A stretch of DNA of 63,953 nucleotides, counting the filler, from Octopus bimaculoides (taxonomy: Eukaryota), in the NCBI RefSeq assembly GCF_001194135.2. It is 4 parts of 4 records of this genome, joined end to end, with 100 filler letters (N's around TTAATTAATTAA, not from the genome) between each part and the next. Parts side by side here need not be neighbours in the genome. Positions count along the whole stretch, not along the records: positions 1 to 19,499 come from NC_068993.1; positions 19,600 to 49,943 come from NC_068987.1; 2 more parts are not named here. One strand, given 5' to 3'. Numbering within the stretch: position 1 is the stretch's first letter; every line of letters begins with the position of its first letter. Below, one piece after another: positions 16,098 through 28,854 of the stretch. A program made the position numbers and the translations under genes. Below the pieces are notes generated by a model that was not told the DNA's origin, did no database searches, and worked only from the letters and a program-made list of their open reading frames with translations.

Positions 16098-17111
16098 TGC
16101 ATTTTAATTAATGTACACATAGTCATAGTATCACCAAAATACAATTAAAAATAGTATTAATTCTCAATACTGCAATAGGTAGAATTGTTTAATTTGTTAG
16201 ATCTTTCTCCACAACTACCATCGCCATGCTCATACATACACCCAACATTACAATGTCACAAATGGTGAAGCACATCAAATGAATCTCAGTGAATGGCTGT
16301 TACTAAAGTGGTCATTGAACTTGCTAAGAATGGTAACTAAATCTCCGTAAATTAGTACACCTAACATTTTAAGAATAATGAATGACTACCTTTACCGTTT
16401 TAAAGGTTTTAGATTGTGATTTGATGATATATATTTAAATAAACATGATGGTCACGGATGGTACATTTAATCGAGTTTGACCTGAAGCTGTATAACAAAA
16501 ATTTGTTCCTCCTGTATTTAATAGTAACATTTATAACGAGCTGCAACTCAATTGCTGAATTCTGCCACGTAGCCAACGCCACCAACAGCAGCTGAACCAG
16601 CACTATTATTATTACTAATAAAACCACATCTACAACCAGGATGAATCAAAGAGCAACCACAACCACAACATCATTATATCTGTAAACCTGCGATAATGTA
16701 ATTAAGAATGCTATGAATATAATTATAGTCTTTGCAAGTCTTTGCTGGTCAGCTGTAAAAATTGCAGGCGTTGCGTCCTCATATGTCATCGGTTATCATT
16801 TGCAACCCTATAGCAAGCTAATTAGATATTTAAGTAAGCAATTTACTTCTCTCAGCTTCATTAGCTTCTAGCCAGCATTAATATTTATGTAAAGCCCACA
16901 ACATTCCTGTCATCATTGCTTCGCTATATAATATGCTTTATTCACCTTTCTTTTCCTGTGATTTCTGCTTCTGCAGTTTCTGATGGAAAGCGTCGATTTA
17001 GGAACTCAGAGTATTGAGGAGTTAATATGATGATGATGATTATGATGATGATGCTGTTGTTGTTAGGAGCAAGAAAGCAACTACAACAACAAAATAATAC
17101 TGGCGGTAATG

Positions 17112-17112
<1 letters not shown>

Positions 17113-17197
<85 letters not shown>
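17113..17197 (+). repeat. (AAT)n microsatellite
   Basis: Read directly from the sequence. Confidence 0.95.
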
Positions 17198-19499
17198 TTC
17201 TCGAGCTTTCTTTATGTGTAAATCATAACATTATTCACCGAGAATAAATTATAGGAGTCGCTTTAAAGGTTTCTAATTTGTAACATTTCACATTGCTACT
17301 ATATATTTTTTTTTCCTAAACAAAATTCGAATTGAATATTTTATATGAATTCAACAGAATTTGTAGAAGTGGAAATTGTAAAAGAATACTGAATGAAAAA
17401 ATTATATGACTAAAATACCAGGAATTAAAAATTCTACGTTTGCGCTTAAATTTCTGATCTTCGTTTCACTAAATTATAATTACTTCTCAATATTTTATAA
17501 CTACCCAACATTATGTACATTATTCCGAAGAGAAGGACGCATTATGTCCTTGAAGTGATCAAAATGTCAACGACACTGGTTTTGTGCCTACGTGAGATGG
17601 GCTTTTAGCCCATACGTAGCTCCTAACAAAAGTAATAATTATCGAAACAAAAATTAATAAATATTCACTCCTCACATGAAAAAGAAAAAAAAAGCATTCC
17701 TGGGTATTCTCTCTTTTTGGATATTTCGAAAATTATTATTTTTTTCTCTAAGACATTATTTTCTAATGGCATTTGGCAATTTTATCTCTAGATCAACCGT
17801 TTCATTACTGCATTATTTCAGTATATCTTAATAACGGAATCGAAAGTGTCCAGAAATTATTTCATTCGTTGTATTTCCTTGAATTGCCGTATTATGTGGC
17901 GTAAGAGAGGCACAAATATATTGCACCCCAAATATTAGCATCATCTATTCAGATGAAAAATATCGAGTACATTAAAGCTTATAGGAAGTCCAAGGTTGCA
18001 AATAGGACCAGGTGTGATTTTTGAGGCAGTAGTCTTGAAAAAGGAAAAAAATAAAGAGAATCTTATATGCAGCCAAATACATTATTTATTTTTCACTTCT
18101 TGGGGAAATAAAGATTGATATTACTCCGAATATTTTATAATCTTCTGTGGAACGAAACAGCATTGATTTTCATTCTAAATTGAATCGATGCATTTATAGT
18201 TCGAAAATCGGTCACTCTTTTTTCTACCGTAGAACACTCTGATGGTATATTTGCATAACACACTAGTATTGGTCAGAGAAAGATATATATCCATATCGTC
18301 TGCAACCGCATTCAAGTTAATGAATTTTCGGTTTTAAATCCGAAATACTATCGACCGAATATGCAATCTCTGTTACAGAAGGAAAAAAATATTTCAAAAA
18401 TGTTCTTTGCTTCCATTCAGACAAATATACACAGCGCCAAATCGACTGAGCTTTTTAATCGCAAAATTTTATATCGTAAACAAATTTTCCTCTGAAAACC
18501 AAACTTCGTCTAACTTAAATATTCATTTCCATCCATATTTACTTTTGGTTTTAGTTTTCAATTATAAAGTGTTTACTTTTTATAACTATATCAACCGTTT
18601 TGTTGTTGAATATTTTATTATAAATAAACAAATTTAACTTGGCAGTTATAAATGTATATTACTTTTTGGAGACGGGTGTGAAATTAAATAACTGCCAATG
18701 TAATAAATATTATATTTATTGCTTTAAAATAGTAACACATTGCATTTTCTTTTCGACGAATCTATATGTCATGTTTACTATAAAAGTTGTGAAGCAAAGT
18801 TTTATAGATTATATTAAACACAAACGCGTACACATGTATACATACATGCAACATATTCATGAATATACATAAATAAACACACAATCATTGACGTATTCAG
18901 AAACAAATATACAAGGACGAATAATTATTATAACTGCCATCCATATTTCAGTGTTAAGAATAGTAACGGAGCTTACACAAACAATAATATAAAAAGCTAC
19001 ATTGTAATAATCATTAGCATCGAAAGTGATATTGGTGTCTAACAAAGTTTCAACAGTATTTTTTTTGTTTTTGAAAGGAAGGATGTATTCGATTAAAATC
19101 ACAACAAATATTACTTGAAATTAGTTACACATTTATGAATTTATTTAATGAAAATTCAATATTTTATTGACTTTAAAATATAAGATCAATTTTCATATAA
19201 AAATTTATTTACAGTGTTTAATATATAAGAGTTTAAACTTATATGGATTTTAACATTTCAACATATAGCATTGCTTCAGTGAACGTTAGATTTGCTCTTA
19301 TCGAATTTCCAACATAATTTATCTAATTCTCAAAAGAAAAAAAAGAAAGAGAGAAGAATATGAAACGAATATACAACAGCATGGGCACACACATACGCTT
19401 TACTTTCCGATATAAATTTCAACAATATTCTGACAGAAGATATCTTTTGTCATTGCTTTTCCACTGCACTACTTTGTATCAATTGAAATCGTAAGATAT

Positions 19500-19599
19500 N
19501 NNNNNNNNNNNNNNNNNNNNNNNNNNNNNNNNNNNNNNNNNNNTTAATTAATTAANNNNNNNNNNNNNNNNNNNNNNNNNNNNNNNNNNNNNNNNNNNN
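19500..19599. other. Artificial 100-bp gap marker N44-TTAATTAATTAA-N44; also at 49944-50043 and 58758-58857
   Basis: Identical 44+12+44 layout three times; the 12-mer is palindromic and has stops in all six frames. Confidence 0.95.
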
Positions 19600-19789
19600 T
19601 GACACGTAAAAGCACCCACTACACTCTCTGAGTGGTTGGCGTTAGGAAGGGCATCCAGCTGTAGAAACTCTGCCAAATCAGACTGGAGCCTGGTGTTGCC
19701 ATCCGGTTTCACCAGTCCTCAGTCAAATCGTCCAACCCATGCTAGCATGGAAAGCGGACGTTAAACGATGATGATGATGATGATGATGA
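19600..19789 (+). mobile_element. Retroposon family B 3' end (RTE-type tail ending in (GAT)n)
   Basis: ggcgttaggaagggcatccagctgtagaaac...gcatggaaagcggacgttaaacgatgatgat. Confidence 0.85.
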
Positions 19790-19811
19790 TATATATATAT
19801 ATATATATATA

Positions 19812-19945
19812 TGACGGTCTTCTTTCAGTTCCCGTCTACCAAATCCACTCACAAAGCTTTGGTCGGCCCGAAGCTATAGTAGGACTGAACCCGGAACCAT
19901 GTGGTTTGTAAGCAAGCTACTTACCATATAGCCACTCCTACGCCT
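19812..19945 (-). mobile_element. SINE family A 5' half with internal deletion
   Basis: Matches the 20259 copy but lacks the segment between gctatagta and ggactgaacc. Confidence 0.85.
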
Positions 19946-20258
19946 ATTATTAATTTAAAACAATGTGAATAAATTAGTACTACTTTTGACAAAATAATCT
20001 GAATACTAAAGGGTTAAGTAACATTTAAGAAATTTCTGATTTGAATATTAGCAATGAATTGATCTGGCAACAAACTGCAATGTCATAAACTCACTGACCA
20101 CAGGTGAATTGACTGAAGATGAATTAAGAGAACAACTTGTAATAAATGAGTTTAAATGACATCAAGTCTTGCCTTTAGGTTATTTCTTGAGTGTACAAGC
20201 AGTGGACACTAAAGTTCTATAGTGGCACAGCAGAAGATCACTAGATACCAATAATATA

Positions 20259-20709
20259 CTTTACTCTTTTACTTGTTTTAGCCATTTGACTGTGGCCATG
20301 CTGGAGCACTGCCTTTAGTCGAGCAAATCGACGCCAGGACTTATTCTTTGTAAGCCAAGTACTTATTCTATCGATTTCTTTTGCCGAACCGCTAAGTTAC
20401 GGGGACGTAAACACACCACCATTGGCTGTCAAGCGGTGTTTGGGAGACAAACACAGACACAGAAACATATACACACACATACATATATCTATATATATAT
20501 ACATATATACGTATATATATATATATATATATATATACGTATATACGACGGGCTTCTTTCAGTTTCTGTCTACCAAATCCACTCACAAGGCTTTGGTCAG
20601 CCCGAGGCTATAGTAGAAGACACTTGCCCAAAGTGCGACGCAGTGGGGATGAACCCGGAACCATGTGGTTCGTAAGCAAGCTACTTACCACACAGCCACT
20701 CCTACGCCT
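20259..20709 (-). mobile_element. SINE family A (tRNA-derived head, CORE-like ccttgggcaagtg motif, internal (TA/TG)n), full length
   Basis: Reverse complement begins aggcgtaggagtggctgtgtgg (A-box-like), has ggttcatcccc (B-box-like) and ends gtaaaagagtaaag; many near-identical copies in this window. Confidence 0.9.
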
Positions 20710-21773
20710 ATCCAGACAAAAAAAATCTTCTTTATCATCTGGAAGAGAACAATTTCTTATTTCTTTACTGCCCACAAGGGGCTACACACAGAGGGAAGAG
20801 AACAATTTCTATGCCCTTTCCTGTAGATGCAATGCTTAGAGATTTTAAAGGATTTTCTGTGATTGTGATTACTTAGCTCTCTTGGTTCATCATCATCATG
20901 ATCAATGTTTTAACATCCACTGTTCTATGCTTGCAAGGGTCAGACAGAATTAGTTAAGAGGATTTTCCACAGCTGGATGCCTTTCCTGTCTCCAACCCTC
21001 GCCCATTTCCCCTTGACGAATATGTTCACATGGAAGATTGGAAATGATGGTGGCATTTGCTAACGATTATTATGTGATGTGAAAGGAAGGAGACAGTAAT
21101 ACACACACACACATACATACAACCACCCAGATATATGATGATCTTCTTTCAGTTTCCGTTAACCAAATTCACTCACAAGGCTTTAGCTGGCTCAGGGCTA
21201 TTGTAGAAGACACTTGTCCAAGGAGCCAAATAGTGGGACTAAGCCTGAAACAATGTGATTGGGAAGCAATCTTCATACAAACAGCCACACTTGCACCTTG
21301 ATTCTAGCAGACATGGACCAATATATTTAGCCATTTTTGCAAGGTTATGTAGAAGAGTGGTAGCTTCAAAAAAGATGTCTGCAAAGACAGCAATATCATT
21401 AGCATAATCTGCATCTGTTATTGTGGAGACAGGTGATAAGGGGAGATGAATCTTGTTCAAGTGAAGCTGAGTTCTTTAACTCTGTCAATCAAAGTGTGAT
21501 GGATGTAATCCAGATAGATGATAAATAAGAACAGTGCAAGTACATCACCTTGTAAAAAAAACTGCATTGATATCAAAGAAGATGCTGTCTCCAACAGGAG
21601 AGTGGACTTTATTTCTTGTGTTCTTGTAGAGCTTCATTATTATTCTTATCACTCTTTTCGAAGTACACTATGAGCAAGTAGAAAAAATTGTTCCATCTTG
21701 CCTCAGTGGACAGAATAAGTACTTACAGATTTTTAGCCATGATTCCCTCAGTGGTTCTTGTGATTGCTTAGAC

Positions 21774-22404
21774 CAGGGGCTCTCAACCACTTTTTATCTA
21801 TGGACCCCTTCGATTACTATTTTGCTCTGATGGATCCCCATAGCCATTCAATGTTTAAAAACTAAATTCCTATTTTGTTGTTCATACATTAACTTACGTA
21901 GGTTGAACTACATAAAATGTTAGAGAAAGAAACCAATACATACATCATCATCATCATCGTTTAACGTCCGCTTTCCATGCTAGCATGGGTTGGACGGTTT
22001 GACTGAGGACTGGCGAGCCAGAAGGCTGTTCCAGTCTCTAATCTGATCTGGCAAAGTTTCAACAGCTGGATGCCCTTCCTAACGCCAACCACTCCGAGTG
22101 TAGAGAGTGCTTTTATGTGCCACCGGCACGAGGGCCAGTCAGGCAGTACTGGCAATGACCACGCTCAAATGTTGTTTTTCATGTGCCAGTAAGGTGATGC
22201 TGGCAATAATAATGCTTGAATGGTGCTTTTTACGTGCCACCAGCACAGGAGCCAGTCAGTGGCCCTAGCAACGATTTAAAGCAGAATCTTTTCAGGAGTC
22301 CTTAAAATACTATTGCGGATCCCCAATTTACTATTTTGTTGCATTTACCCCCAAAAACCTTATATGGACCTTCAGGGGCCATGTGGACCCCAGTTGAGAA
22401 TCAG
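21774..22404. mobile_element. hAT-like non-autonomous element inserted in the RTE relic, itself carrying a retroposon tail insertion
   Basis: Left end caggggctctcaacc; degraded right end agttgagaatcag; repeated atggacccc-like subterminal motifs at both ends; imperfect 8-bp flanks gcttagac / acttagag (6/8). Confidence 0.65.
21943..22275 (-). mobile_element. Retroposon family B with internal tandem ggcac(g/a)taaaaagcac units, nested in the hAT-like MITE
   Basis: Reverse complement of the 19600 element plus three repeated tttt(t)a(c/t)gtgcca motifs. Confidence 0.85.
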
Positions 22405-22859
22405 ACTTAGAGCTATCTTACAGTAGAGTAATTTTTTCTCTGAACTCATTTTAGTTTCTTTGTAAGACCTTCTTCAGTTCTGGCTGCATGTAGTTCAGCA
22501 ACTGTTTGTTATACAATTTTGCAGTTCATCTGAACTGAGAGGAAGAGAGCATCTTGAGGATGGTCTTCTAACAGCATCCTGGGGTGTTCGTGCATGTAAG
22601 CATCAGGGGTTGAGAGGGTGGAAGATCGTTTCAGAAACAAAGCATGTAATTCACACTTGCGTGTGGTTTTTTTAAAATTTATTTTGAGCACCTTTGTTGA
22701 GTAGTTCGTCTATGATGATCCAAAGTGCTCAGTTAGGTGTTTTATTGCCCTTGGTTAACCATCAGTAAACCTTGATCGAGCAGATCTATGATCAATCAGA
22801 AAGATATTCTGGCTGCAACCACCTCGTTTTTTAAAAAAAATCTATCTTGAACTGTATTG

Positions 22860-22922
<63 letters not shown>

Positions 22923-24429
22923 GTTGCTGTGAGTTGAGAGACATTTGGTTGTAATTTCTAGCATGTCGCGCGACCTTATAGTCTTGCGAGTTTTATGTAT
23001 TTTGTTATGGTTTCTTGTGTAGAGATTGGGGGATCCAGCAGTGTTGGCATATTCCATATTGGCTCTAAGTATTTTGTCCACCCCTGTTTCAATGTATTTA
23101 ATCGAAGAAATATTGTATACAGGAACGACAAGCTACTCAGTGAAGCAAATAATTTAACCAAGTGTTCAAGCCTCAACGCTTGAAGGTGCAACCTGCGAGA
23201 AATAGCAACCAAATCACGTCCCATAAAAAAAAAAATATGACACTATAAATAATTTAGTCGTAGATATACTGTCTGAATAAAAGATGAGATGGTCATCGAC
23301 CATTTGATCAGGGCTAATCTGGTACTACACAATAAAGATAACCGTGTTTTGTATAATTAAGAAAAAGGTATTATATCTATGAAGGAAGACAGCTTGGTCA
23401 CTGGTATTAAAGACAACTAGGAAATTAAAATATTAGAGGAATAACAAAGTGAAAAGGGAAAAAAAACAACCTATTTTATATTTTCTACTTTATTTGAAAC
23501 GTCAATAATGATAATATTATTTCGGACCAGACATATAAAGAAGTAGAATAAAATCAAAAGCCAAAAAGAAACTTATTAAATAACACAGATTTATAAGTTA
23601 TTCGAAGAATGTGAACGTAAGAAAATCGACACAAATAGTTAATTAATAGGTTTATATTAATTAAATACAACACAATACACTTAAGGTTGGTAATGAGTAG
23701 AGGTATATATTTATAGAACTTACTGTTTTCTATGTTTCTTCACTATTTAATGTGTAAAGTAGGTGTGACAGATGTAGAATATGAGGATTATTAAAAGAGA
23801 GCACAGATTTAGCAATTATCTTACTGAAGACATTAACAAACTGAATATCCAACATAAGTAATTGACCAAACTAACAGCTTTACTTTCGTAGCTGAAATAT
23901 TTCAACTGAAATACAACACAATATGGGAAAACAAAATTTTAATTACATTTTTTTTTAAATTACGGAATATAAGATGGTAAAAAAAAATCAATATGCAGCA
24001 ACATGAACAGGAATAGTTTTTAGACTATGTGGGAACTAGATGTTATTGGGATAAATTATTATAAATCATATCTTAGCTAAAGGCTGTTGTCTTTTATAAT
24101 ATTTATCTAGTTTTCATTATTTTTTTTTAGCATTTGTGAATAATATAGTCGATTCCGCTTAATTGCATACTGGATAATTACTTTTCGAAACAAAAAAAAA
24201 ATGAAAAATTAACATGAAATGATTATAAATATTGACCGGTTAATTGCATATACAAATATAATCCCTTTCGGTTAATTGTACAAAATTTTTCTCGGATTGT
24301 GATATTTAAAAAAATTTGCGAAATATTGCATGATTTTATATATGCTTTTATTCATTTATTTATTTATTTATTGCGATTTTTAAAAATATAATGTGCCAAT
24401 ATTGCTCTGTCAAATTTTTACTGGGGTCA

Positions 24430-24670
24430 AACTATTTCGGCAGCCGCGGAAGATCTTTTTTCTTTTATTGATGGTGTGTTGCGGTCAGCTTGTTTGTCAC
24501 CGGAGATATTTCGAGGTGGTAATAATAGTAGTGGTGGTGGCGGTAGCAGCTGTAGTACTTGTAGTGGTGGTTGTGACGGCGGCGGCGGTAGTAACGATGG
24601 TGATGGTAGTGGCGGCGGTGGCGGAGTTGAGCCGGGCGGAGTGCGATGGTGTCGAGTCAATTAGAATTTC
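24430..24670. promoter_or_regulatory. CpG/GGC-rich island, candidate promoter or non-coding first exon
   Basis: Sharp local GC/CpG rise inside very AT-rich, repeat-free DNA; no ATG-initiated long frame and no confident splice donor. Confidence 0.35.
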
Positions 24671-25584
24671 GCTGTTTGTACCTAAATTGTTTCGTGTCAG
24701 ATTGTTTGGAATTTCGCTTTTGTTGTTTATTTTTATATTGTTGTGGTGTTTAAGATGAATTATAAATTTAGGCGATGTTGCTGTAGTGAAAAAACACCCC
24801 ACAAAAACCCGAAGTCACAGTTTTGAGTAGGAAAAAAGTTACAGGGAAAACTGCATTTAATTTAAAGCAATAAAGTGATTAATTGTTAAGTAATTAAACT
24901 AATACATCATTCCACTCAGGACCGATTTTAGCCAATTTTTTTTTGCACTTCAAAACCATAAGAGAAGCCTTTTCGGTAAAAAAAAAAAAAATTAATATTT
25001 TCAGAAGAAAAAGTGAGTGATTTAAGGGAGATTTGGCTGTTGTTTCTAGCACATCCTAAGGCAACCCTTCTCGTTTCTTTCTCGCATTCGAATGTGTTGA
25101 TGCATTTCAATATTTTTCTCCCCATGAATACATTTATATGCTTAAAAAAAGATACCCATTTTTCTGAAAGTTATAATGGAAAAAAGTCAGATCGTGTGAA
25201 TTTTCCGAAATTCCTCTCCCCTCCCTCTCAGAAAAATTATTTCCCATAAATCCCTGTATACTCTAAATCCACAGCATCTAAGCGGTATTNNNNNNNNNNN
25301 NNNNNNNNNNNNNNNNNNNNNNNNNNNNNNNNNNNNNNNNNNNNNNNNNNNNNNNNNNNNNNNNNNNNNNNNNNNNNNNNNNNNNNNNNNNNNNNNNNNN
25401 NNNNNNNNNNNNNNNNNCACACATAATGAGCTTCCACTACCTTTCCGCCTACCATATTCATTCACAAGGAATTAGTCGGCCCAGGACTATAGCAGAAGAC
25501 ACTCGCTCAAGGTGCCGAACCCAAAACCACGTGTTTGCAAAGCGAACTTCTTAATCACATAGCCATATCTGGAGAAAATTGTTT

Positions 25585-25738
25585 TAGTTGTATACTGTCA
25601 ACTTAATGTGACAGTCCCCTGAAGGGAATAATACTACTGTTGGTTAGACCTAGGAAGCTGCACCACTTCCTAGGTCTAACCAACAGTAGTATTATTCCCT
25701 TCAGGGGACTGTTACATTAAGTTGACAGCATACAACTA
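25585..25738. repeat. 154-bp near-perfect palindrome: 73-bp arms, 2 mismatches, 8-nt spacer
   Basis: 25585-25657 is the reverse complement of 25666-25738 except at two positions. Confidence 0.95.
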
Positions 25739-26240
25739 CTTCATCGTATCACTTCTGCATAAATCTCTCTGAGAAATTTAGAAATGTATTATTTCGAAAA
25801 TTGTTTTGTTTTCTCTAAATTTCGATTCTTTTAAATCCCCCACTCCTTTTTCTAGCTTCCGGAATGCCCACTCCCACTTCATCTCATCTCCATACCAACC
25901 TTCCAGATGTTTTAAAACCTGTTCACTCATTTGTGCATGCATGGATACCTGTTGAACCAGCAGATGAAATGTGGGAGGCATCAATGTGGTCTCTCAACAT
26001 GCTAGAAATAACAGCCAAATCTCTGGAAAATAATTTTTTTTCCCCCAGACTTTCAATTTTTGTATCATCCCTCACCCCCGACTTCAGGAATAAGAACTTC
26101 TACTCCATAAAAATATATCTGTACACTTCTTTCCACTCGCACCAATGAACCTCCACAGAAATATTTTGGTAAATTTTTTTACCCCCCCCCCCACATTAAC
26201 AAGAAGATAAAACAGTTTCGTTACTATTATGTTAGTAACG

Positions 26241-26467
26241 ACAACCGATGCTGGGGTGGAGGACAAACACAGACGCACACATACATATACATATATATAT
26301 ACACATATACGACAGGCTTCTATCAGTTTCCGTCTACCAAATCCACTCACAAGGCTTTAGTCGGCCTGAGGCTATAACAGAAGACACTTGCCCAAGGTGC
26401 CACGCAGTGGGACTGAACCCAGAACCATGTGGTTGGTAAGCAAGCTACTTACCACACAGCCACTCCT
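26241..26467 (-). mobile_element. SINE family A, 5' two-thirds
   Basis: gacacttgcccaaggtgccacgcagtgggactgaaccc...cacacagccactcc. Confidence 0.88.
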
Positions 26468-26791
26468 GAAACTTGAAATTATGTATTGTATCTTCAATAG
26501 ACTATATATGTTCTCTTTCACGTTTGAATTTAGATTTAATCTTTAACCAGCCACCTGCTCAGTAGCAAGGTTGTAAAGGAAGGAATCTTGTTTTGTTCAT
26601 CATCCTTTCAATCATAAGGTCTTGCAGATTTTTGAATTAAGAAGTTGCATTCTCTCCCCAAGAACCTAAATTCAGCCCTAGACTTTGCTCCAGACATGTT
26701 GGCATATATTCTGTTGCTCCAATAATAATAGATATTAAGTTTATGCATGAAATCACTAATAAAAACTTATCCAAAATTCTGACTGCCTCTG

Positions 26792-27179
26792 AACCACATG
26801 GTTCTGGGTTCAGTCCCACTACATGGAACCTTGGGCAAGTGTCTTCCACTATAGTCTCGGGCTTACCAAAGCCATGTGAATGGATTTGGTAGATGGAAAC
26901 TGAAGAAAACCCGTCATATATATGTATATATATGTATATGTATATATATGTATATGTATGTGTGTGTATGTGTGTCTATGTTTGTCCCCACAACATCGCT
27001 TGACAACCGATGCTGAACCACTAAGCTATGGGGCGTAGCTTAGCGATTCAGCAAAAGAGACCGATAGAATAAGTACTAGGCTTCCAAAGAATAAGTCCTG
27101 GGGTCGATTTGCTTGACTAAAGGCGGTGCTCCAGCATGGCCACAGTCAAATGACTGAAACAAGTAAAAGAGTAAAAGAG
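26792..27179 (+). mobile_element. SINE family A, near full length
   Basis: ggttcagtcccact..ccttgggcaagtgtc ... aaacaagtaaaagagtaaaagag. Confidence 0.88.
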
Positions 27180-27183
27180 AGTG

Positions 27184-27345
27184 TGACAAGTAAAAGCACT
27201 CACTACACTGTCGGAGTGGTCGGCATTAGGAAGGGCATCCAGCTGTAGAAACTCTGCCAAATCAGATTGGAGCCTGGTGCAGCCATCTGGTTCACCAGTC
27301 CTCAGTCAAATCGGACGTTAAACGATGATGATGATGATGATGATA
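27184..27345 (+). mobile_element. Retroposon family B tail, directly after a family A copy, with internal deletion
   Basis: ggcattaggaagggcatccagctgtagaaac...caaatcggacgttaaacgatgatg. Confidence 0.85.
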
Positions 27346-27794
27346 TATATATATATATATATAACAACACTATTAACAACACTAACAGCACCAGCTAATA
27401 CACACACATATATGCATGTACATTATGACACATGATTTAAAATTAACTCACCCCATCCCCACCATTCCCACTCTCCTCATTTCCCCTTGCACCTCTACTT
27501 CATCCTGTCCTTATCCCATCTCCAGCCCCACTCAACAAACATTTTTGAAGTCAATGTGGCTCATTTGGGTCCAAATGCAAGGGACATAACTCCAAAATAT
27601 TTTTTTCTATGGCTTTGATCTGGGTGATTTCTTTGCACCAATAGCCCCAAGAGCCACAAGTTAGATATGAAACTTTTGGTCCTCTGATGACGGAACCCAT
27701 GCTATGCTGTTCTGATGACTGCTGGAGATGGTTTTCCACCTTCAGTTTGAAACAAATTGGTAATTTGACTATTAGGAGTCTATAATATTGTATA

Positions 27795-27799
27795 TCATC

Positions 27800-27833
<34 letters not shown>

Positions 27834-27856
27834 TCATCACCACCATCATCATCATC

Positions 27857-27954
<98 letters not shown>
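27795..27954 (+). repeat. (CAT/CAC)n microsatellite, an expanded family B tail
   Basis: Read directly from the sequence; adjoins the family B relic. Confidence 0.9.
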
Positions 27955-28094
27955 TTGTTCTTCATGCTGGGTTGGATGCTTTGTCAGGAGCTGGCTCAGC
28001 TGGAGAGCTGCCTGAGTGCCGTTTTGGCAGGGTTTCTATGGCTGGATACCCTAACCCTAACCCTAACCCTAACCCTAACCCTAATACCAACCAC
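27940..28094 (-). mobile_element. Diverged family B tail containing a (CCCTAA)6 tract
   Basis: (cat)n..catgctgggttgga...ggcagggtttctatggctggata[ccctaa]6taccaaccac. Confidence 0.75.
28049..28084 (+). repeat. Interstitial telomeric repeat (CCCTAA)6
   Basis: Six perfect hexamers. Confidence 0.95.
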
Positions 28095-28207
28095 TTTATG
28101 CACACACACACATATGCATGTATATTTATTAGAATATGTACATGCATATATGTTTGTGAATACATATACATGTATATGCATATATATTTCTATACCTTTA
28201 TATAAAT

Positions 28208-28240
<33 letters not shown>

Positions 28241-28241
28241 C

Positions 28242-28630
28242 AGGTGCAGGAGTGGCTGCGTGGTAAGTAGCTTGCTTATCAATCACATGGTTCCGGGTTC
28301 AGTCCCACTGCGTGGCACCTCAGGCTAGTGTCTTCAACTATAGCCTTGGGTTGATCAAAGCCTTGTGAGTGGTTTTGATAGATGGAAACTGAGAGGAGCC
28401 CATCATATATATATATATGTGAATGTGTGTATGTGTGTGTGTCTGTTTCTCCCCCCACCATTGTTTGACAAATGTTGCTGGTGTGCTTACATCCCTGTCA
28501 CTTAGTGGTTCAGCAAAAGAGACTGATAAAATAAGTACTAGGCTTACAAAGAATAAGTTCTGGGGTTGATTTGTTTGACTAAAGGCTGTGCTCTAGCATA
28601 GCCACGGTCAAATGACTAAAACAAGTAAAA
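28242..28630 (+). mobile_element. SINE family A, full length
   Basis: aggtgcaggagtggctgcgtggtaag ... aaacaagtaaaa. Confidence 0.88.
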
Positions 28631-28662
28631 AAATATATATACATATAATATGCATATATATG

Positions 28663-28854
28663 GAAAGTTCCTGGCTTTGGGTAAAAGAAAATACAGGAGG
28701 ATCAGTTGATTATGATTTTATTCAACATATTCCTTTCTCAGATTCACACACTTATTGCAGCAATCCTTCAGTTTTCCCAAACTTTTTAAAAGCACTCGGA
28801 AGGTTTGACCTCCAGCTAGGCCTTTCACAATACCCTTTTCAGCACCCCTTCATA
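28663..28854 (+). mobile_element. Mariner-like MITE, copy 2 (left end truncated)
   Basis: gaaagttcctggctttgggtaaaagaaaatacaggaggatcag ... cttttcagcaccccttcata; same family as 5101 and 44997. Confidence 0.8.

Larger units (their letters stand above)
21300..22530 (-). pseudogene. Degenerate RTE-clade LINE reverse-transcriptase fragment, split by a nested hAT-like MITE
   Basis: Minus-strand translations AKLYNKQLLNYMQPELKKVLQRN (~22525-22450), then AITRTTEGIMAKNL, IMKLYKNTRNKVHSPVGDSIFFDI..QGDVLALFLFIIYLDY and ITDADYANDIAVFAD (YADD-like). The order is collinear with RTE RT motifs; multiple stops and frameshifts. Confidence 0.85.

Noticed and set aside
19544-19555. TTAATTAATTAA islands inside gaps (also 49988-49999 and 58802-58813)
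   Set aside because: Identical N44-12-N44 layout indicates an assembly spacer, not biology.
25585-25738. CRISPR or prokaryotic terminator interpretation of the palindromes and repeats
   Set aside because: No repeat-spacer periodicity, no cas genes, and a eukaryotic context.
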